Translations under genes and position numbers: made by a program
Assembly: GCA_046757165.1 (NCBI GenBank)
Contig: JBHHXT010000004.1
Location: forward strand, 1-64,000
Direction: 5' to 3'
Source: a bacterium
Lineage (GTDB): Bacteria > Zhuqueibacterota > Zhuqueibacteria > Oceanimicrobiales > Oceanimicrobiaceae
DNA: 64,000 nucleotides
The notes under the pieces: generated by a model
What the model was told of the DNA's origin: nothing
The model's input: only the letters and a program-made list of their open reading frames with translations
Database searches by the model: none
Part shown: positions 60,469 to 64,000 of the stretch, in pieces
How the letters are laid out: each line of letters starts with the position of its first letter
Position numbering within the stretch: position 1 is the first letter of the stretch

Positions 60469-61506
60469 ATGAGGCCGGCCGTGATCCAAATCGATGGCTC
60501 GTTTGGCGAGGGTGGCGGCCAGATACTGCGCACCGCACTGGCGTTGTCATTAGTCACCCAAAAACCGTTTATCATCAAGAACATCCGGGCCGGCAGAAAG
60601 AAAAAGGGGCTGTTGCGGCAGCATCTGACGGCAGTTGACGCTGCCGCCGAAATCAGCCGTGCCCGCGTGGAAGGCAGCACGATCGCGTCTTCACAAGTGT
60701 TTTTCGCCCCGCGAAAGGTAGCCACCGGAGACTTCAGGTTCGCGGTGGGCACAGCCGGCAGCACGACGCTCGTCTTACAAACGGTGTTGCCCGCCCTGAT
60801 CAGTGCGGACAAGCCAGCCACGCTGACGCTGGAAGGCGGCACACACAACCCCTTTGCCCCGCCATTTGACTTCTTCCAAAAGTCCTTTCTGCGCGTGCTG
60901 AATCAGATGGGAGCAAAGGTGACGGCGGATATCGACCAATACGGTTTCTATCCGGTTGGCGGAGGACGGATCCATGTAAACATTGTCCCGTGTCAAACGT
61001 TGGCGAAGTTAGCGCTTCTTGATAAAGGTGAGTTGCTTTCCCGAAGAGCTTTCGCTTACTGCTCGAAAATCCCTGACAGAATTGGCCAGGAGGAGATGAG
61101 TGCTGTAGTCCGGAAGCTCGGCTGGAACCGGACAGAGTGCCAATCGAGCCGGGTGCCATCGTCCGGCCCCGGCAATATCGTTCTCCTGGAGCTTGCCTAC
61201 GAGCACATCACGGAAGTGTTCACCGGGTTCGGGCAGAAAAACATTCCCAAACAAAAAGTGGTTGCTGAAGCGATTCGCGAGTTGCAAGAGTATCTGGAAG
61301 CCAGGGCACCGGTCGGGAAATACCTGGCGGACCAGCTCCTGCTGCCGATGGCCATGGCAGGCCAGGGTGAATTCATCACCATGAAGCCGACCCTGCACGC
61401 GATGACCAATATGGCAGTCATCAGAAAATTCCTCGATATCCGCATCGATTCTGAGCAAATCGATGCGCTCAGGTGGAAGATTCAGATTCGCTCCCGGAAC
61501 GGATAA
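60469..61506 (+). CDS. rtcA: RNA 3'-terminal phosphate cyclase
   Basis: DGSFGEGGGQILR, GGTHN, GFYPVGGG, YLADQL and TLHAMTN (adenylated His) motifs. Confidence 0.95.
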   Translation: MRPAVIQIDGSFGEGGGQILRTALALSLVTQKPFIIKNIRAGRKKKGLLRQHLTAVDAAAEISRARVEGSTIASSQVFFAPRKVATGDFRFAVGTAGSTTLVLQTVLPALISADKPATLTLEGGTHNPFAPPFDFFQKSFLRVLNQMGAKVTADIDQYGFYPVGGGRIHVNIVPCQTLAKLALLDKGELLSRRAFAYCSKIPDRIGQEEMSAVVRKLGWNRTECQSSRVPSSGPGNIVLLELAYEHITEVFTGFGQKNIPKQKVVAEAIRELQEYLEARAPVGKYLADQLLLPMAMAGQGEFITMKPTLHAMTNMAVIRKFLDIRIDSEQIDALRWKIQIRSRNG

Positions 61507-61593
61507 TGACGTTCACTGATAATCATTGGGATGATGGCGCTTGATGGTTCGAAAACCGAGTCCCCCGGACCACAAATCGAGCCAAGATTCTTC

Positions 61594-61622
61594 TTGACTG
61601 GCTGGGGCTTGATGCTTATTTT
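61594..61622 (+). promoter_or_regulatory. sigma70-type promoter for the TA-like pair
   Basis: TTGACT-17 nt-TATTTT, followed by an AAGGAG RBS. Confidence 0.5.
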
Positions 61623-61642
61623 GTATCTCTTGAAGGAGCAAA

Positions 61643-61843
61643 ATGAAAACCGCCGAAAGAAAAACTCGTAAAGATGGAGACCATCCATTGCTCGATGTCT
61701 CAACCGACGACATCATTCCCTATTTCATGTGGGATTATCGTTATCGAGTTGGCCAGATCAAGCAAACTCTCGCAGGTAATGACGAATCCAGGCGTCTATG
61801 GCTGATTGCAGATGACAAGCATTCTAACGCCACTGCAAAATAG
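61643..61843 (+). pseudogene. Truncated antitoxin-like partner gene (PYFxWDY type)
   Basis: AAGGAG RBS; PYFMWDY..RRLWLIA then runs out of frame over the start of the next gene. Confidence 0.55.
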
Positions 61844-62275
61844 CTTTCGGAAGATCTTGATCTTTTCACACAAGAAGATGATGCCTTTGTTGAGACCGAG
61901 CACATGGTCAGGCAAGCCTGCGCGGAACTCAAAGTTGAGTTTACACCGGTGCGCATCACTTCTTATTTCAAGCATTTTGGCATAGGTGATTCTCACGCCA
62001 TTCTAACGCTTCATTTTTCAAAGGACTATGTGTCTCACATTAGACCGCCCGAACTTGTAGACAACGTTGTTGTAGACTCTATGGAGGACATCACGGCCAA
62101 CAAGATCTGCGCTGCACTTGGTCGTAATGAGATCAAAGATTTAGTGGATCTGTATTTCCTCGATAAGGCCAATTACAAGCTGCCGGATTACTTTGAAGAT
62201 GCCCGACAAAAGGATGCCGGCCTGTCCTGGGAGACGCTTGTTCTTGTTGAAAACGCGGCGAGAAGATTTCTATAG
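61812..62275 (+). pseudogene. AbiEii-like nucleotidyltransferase pseudogene
   Basis: MTSILTPLQNS (ATG 61812), then SEDLDLF (61847) in another frame, followed by DITANK and KDLVDLY. The GGTAL..HR segment is missing. Confidence 0.7.
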
Positions 62276-62357
62276 CAAATTCGCCTATTTTTCCTTATAT
62301 TGCCACCTCGAGTAAGTGATCACGCCCCCAAAACCACCTATGGAGGAATAAAGGAAG

Positions 62358-64000
62358 TTGGAACAACTCGCAGGATGGAAACGCACACACACCTGTGGCG
62401 AGCTCAATGAATCTCATGCGGGTCAGGCGGTCACGCTAATGGGCTGGGTACACCGCCGGCGTGACCACGGCCCCCTGATTTTCATCGATCTGCGCGACCG
62501 GTATGGCTTAACACAGATCGTCTTCGATCAGGAGGCGCTAAAACGCTATCCGAAGGCCAGAGAACTGCGCGGCGAGTTCGTCATCGCCGTACAGGGCAGC
62601 GTTCGCAAAAGACCGGAGGGGATGACGAACCCGAAGCTGGCGACAGGAGCCATTGAGGTTGTAGTGCATGAGATGAAAATCTTGAGCCTCGCCAAAACAC
62701 CGCCGTTCGAGATCGATGAGAACATCGATGTTTCGGAGGAGCTCCGTCTGAAATATCGCTATCTCGATCTCAGGAACTCGGCGATGAAGAACAATATTCT
62801 GCTCCGGCACAAAACCTATCACGCTGTTCGGGCTTTTCTGAACCAGGACAATTTTGTCGAAGTGGAAACGCCGTTTCTGATGCGCAGCACGCCCGAGGGA
62901 GCGCGTGACTACCTGGTACCCAGCCGGATTCATCACGGCAGATTCTACGCCCTGCCGCAGAGCCCGCAGACCTACAAGCAGCTCCTGATGGTGGCGGGCA
63001 TGGACCGCTACTACCAGATTGTGCGCTGTTTCCGCGACGAGGATCTGCGCGCCGACCGCCAGCCTGAGTTTACGCAAATCGATATCGAAATGTCATTTGT
63101 GGAGCACGACGATGTGCTGCACATGGTCGAAAAATTGATGGTTCATGTGTTCAGCGAAGTCCTGGGTGTCGAGATCAAAAGGCCCTTTCGCCGGCTAACA
63201 TACAAACAGGCCATCGAAACGTACGGCACAGACAAGCCGGATCTGCGCTTCGGATTGGAAATCACCGATATCAGCGCGCTGGTGGGCGACTGCGACTTCA
63301 AGGTGTTTGCAGGCTGCGTCAGGAACAGCGGCACGGTGTGTGGCATTGCCGTCACAGGTGGTGCAAAATACTCCCGCAAGCAGATAGATGCGCTGATCGC
63401 AGCCATGCAGCAAGAAGGAGCCAAAGGACTGGTGGCCATCAAAGTGTCCAGCGGGGGCTGGGATTCTTCAGTCGCGAAGTTCTTCTCGGCTGAGACGATT
63501 ACGACAATCAACCAGATGTTCGGCGCGTGCGAAGGGGACCTTCTGCTGCTCATCGCAGACGGGAGGGAGAGCGCGTTGTCTTTAGCCGGTAGCTTGCGCT
63601 TGAAAGTCGCGCAGCAAGAGAGCTTGATTCCGGAAGACAGGTATGAGCTGGTGTGGACCGTGGATTTCCCTCTGTTAGAGTATGACTCCGAACGCGGGCG
63701 GTACATGGCGCGGCACCACCCGTTTACCTCACCCATGGACGATGACCTTGATTTGATAGAAAGCAAACCGGGCGAGGTGCGTGCCAAGGCGTACGACTTG
63801 GTTTTGAATGGCCATGAGATCGCGGGCGGCAGCATCCGAATTCACCAGCGTGCCCTGCAGAAGCGCATGTTTCGTTTGCTGAACATCTCAGATGAGGAGG
63901 CGCAAGACAAGTTTGGCTTTTTGCTGGATGCCTTCGAATATGGTGCACCGCCGCATGGTGGCATTGCCTTTGGGTTTGACCGGCTGGTGATGCTGCTGTG
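62358..64000 (+). CDS. aspS: Aspartate--tRNA ligase (partial, runs off the window), probably non-discriminating
   Basis: TTG start LEQLAGWKRTHTCGEL; RRRDHG; LPQSPQ; FRDEDLRADRQPEF; GAPPHGGIAFG near the window end in the same frame. Confidence 0.96.
   Translation, partial: MEQLAGWKRTHTCGELNESHAGQAVTLMGWVHRRRDHGPLIFIDLRDRYGLTQIVFDQEALKRYPKARELRGEFVIAVQGSVRKRPEGMTNPKLATGAIEVVVHEMKILSLAKTPPFEIDENIDVSEELRLKYRYLDLRNSAMKNNILLRHKTYHAVRAFLNQDNFVEVETPFLMRSTPEGARDYLVPSRIHHGRFYALPQSPQTYKQLLMVAGMDRYYQIVRCFRDEDLRADRQPEFTQIDIEMSFVEHDDVLHMVEKLMVHVFSEVLGVEIKRPFRRLTYKQAIETYGTDKPDLRFGLEITDISALVGDCDFKVFAGCVRNSGTVCGIAVTGGAKYSRKQIDALIAAMQQEGAKGLVAIKVSSGGWDSSVAKFFSAETITTINQMFGACEGDLLLLIADGRESALSLAGSLRLKVAQQESLIPEDRYELVWTVDFPLLEYDSERGRYMARHHPFTSPMDDDLDLIESKPGEVRAKAYDLVLNGHEIAGGSIRIHQRALQKRMFRLLNISDEEAQDKFGFLLDAFEYGAPPHGGIAFGFDRLVMLL

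Noticed and set aside
62538..63835. Minus-strand ORFs of 179 and 230 aa
   Set aside because: They are antisense to aspS, which the ORF track omitted because it has no stop codon in the window.

Overview
Bacterial chromosomal window with moderately high GC. YPNPFN/FlgD-Ig C-terminal sorting domains, GWxTD proteins and a DUF6588-like barrel suggest an FCB-superphylum organism, possibly KSB1- or Calditrichota-like (inference). Housekeeping blocks: thyA-folA; secD-secF-STAS-purA; tRNA-Leu-tig-clpP-clpX-lon-engB-aminotransferase-serA running into a sigma54 activator; ssb-cdd-udk-tdk-nupC; rtcA; partial aspS. Secreted or surface proteins: a TPR-CHAT protein, two FG-GAP proteins and a 2233-aa alginate-lyase-like/CBM96-like/Ig-repeat protein. 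Signalling genes: two PilZ proteins, an MglB-MglA-roadblock locus, a REC-GAF-PAS kinase, a degenerate stand-alone HATPase, and a sigma54 two-component system facing a permease-less ABC efflux operon. The least explained signals are non-coding. One is a likely IS110 relic at about 5606-5852 that keeps a structured bridge-RNA-like leader and only 10 transposase codons. The other is a ~1.1 kb intergenic region (34923-36028) with a consensus sigma54 promoter, a candidate GGA-containing sRNA, a four-hairpin array and an orphan + strand terminator. Also present: a CHAT domain lacking its catalytic His, decayed cupin and AbiE-like loci, and several REP/MITE-like repeats. No CRISPR array, rRNA or intact transposase was seen. 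All calls come from reading the sequence; no searches were run.
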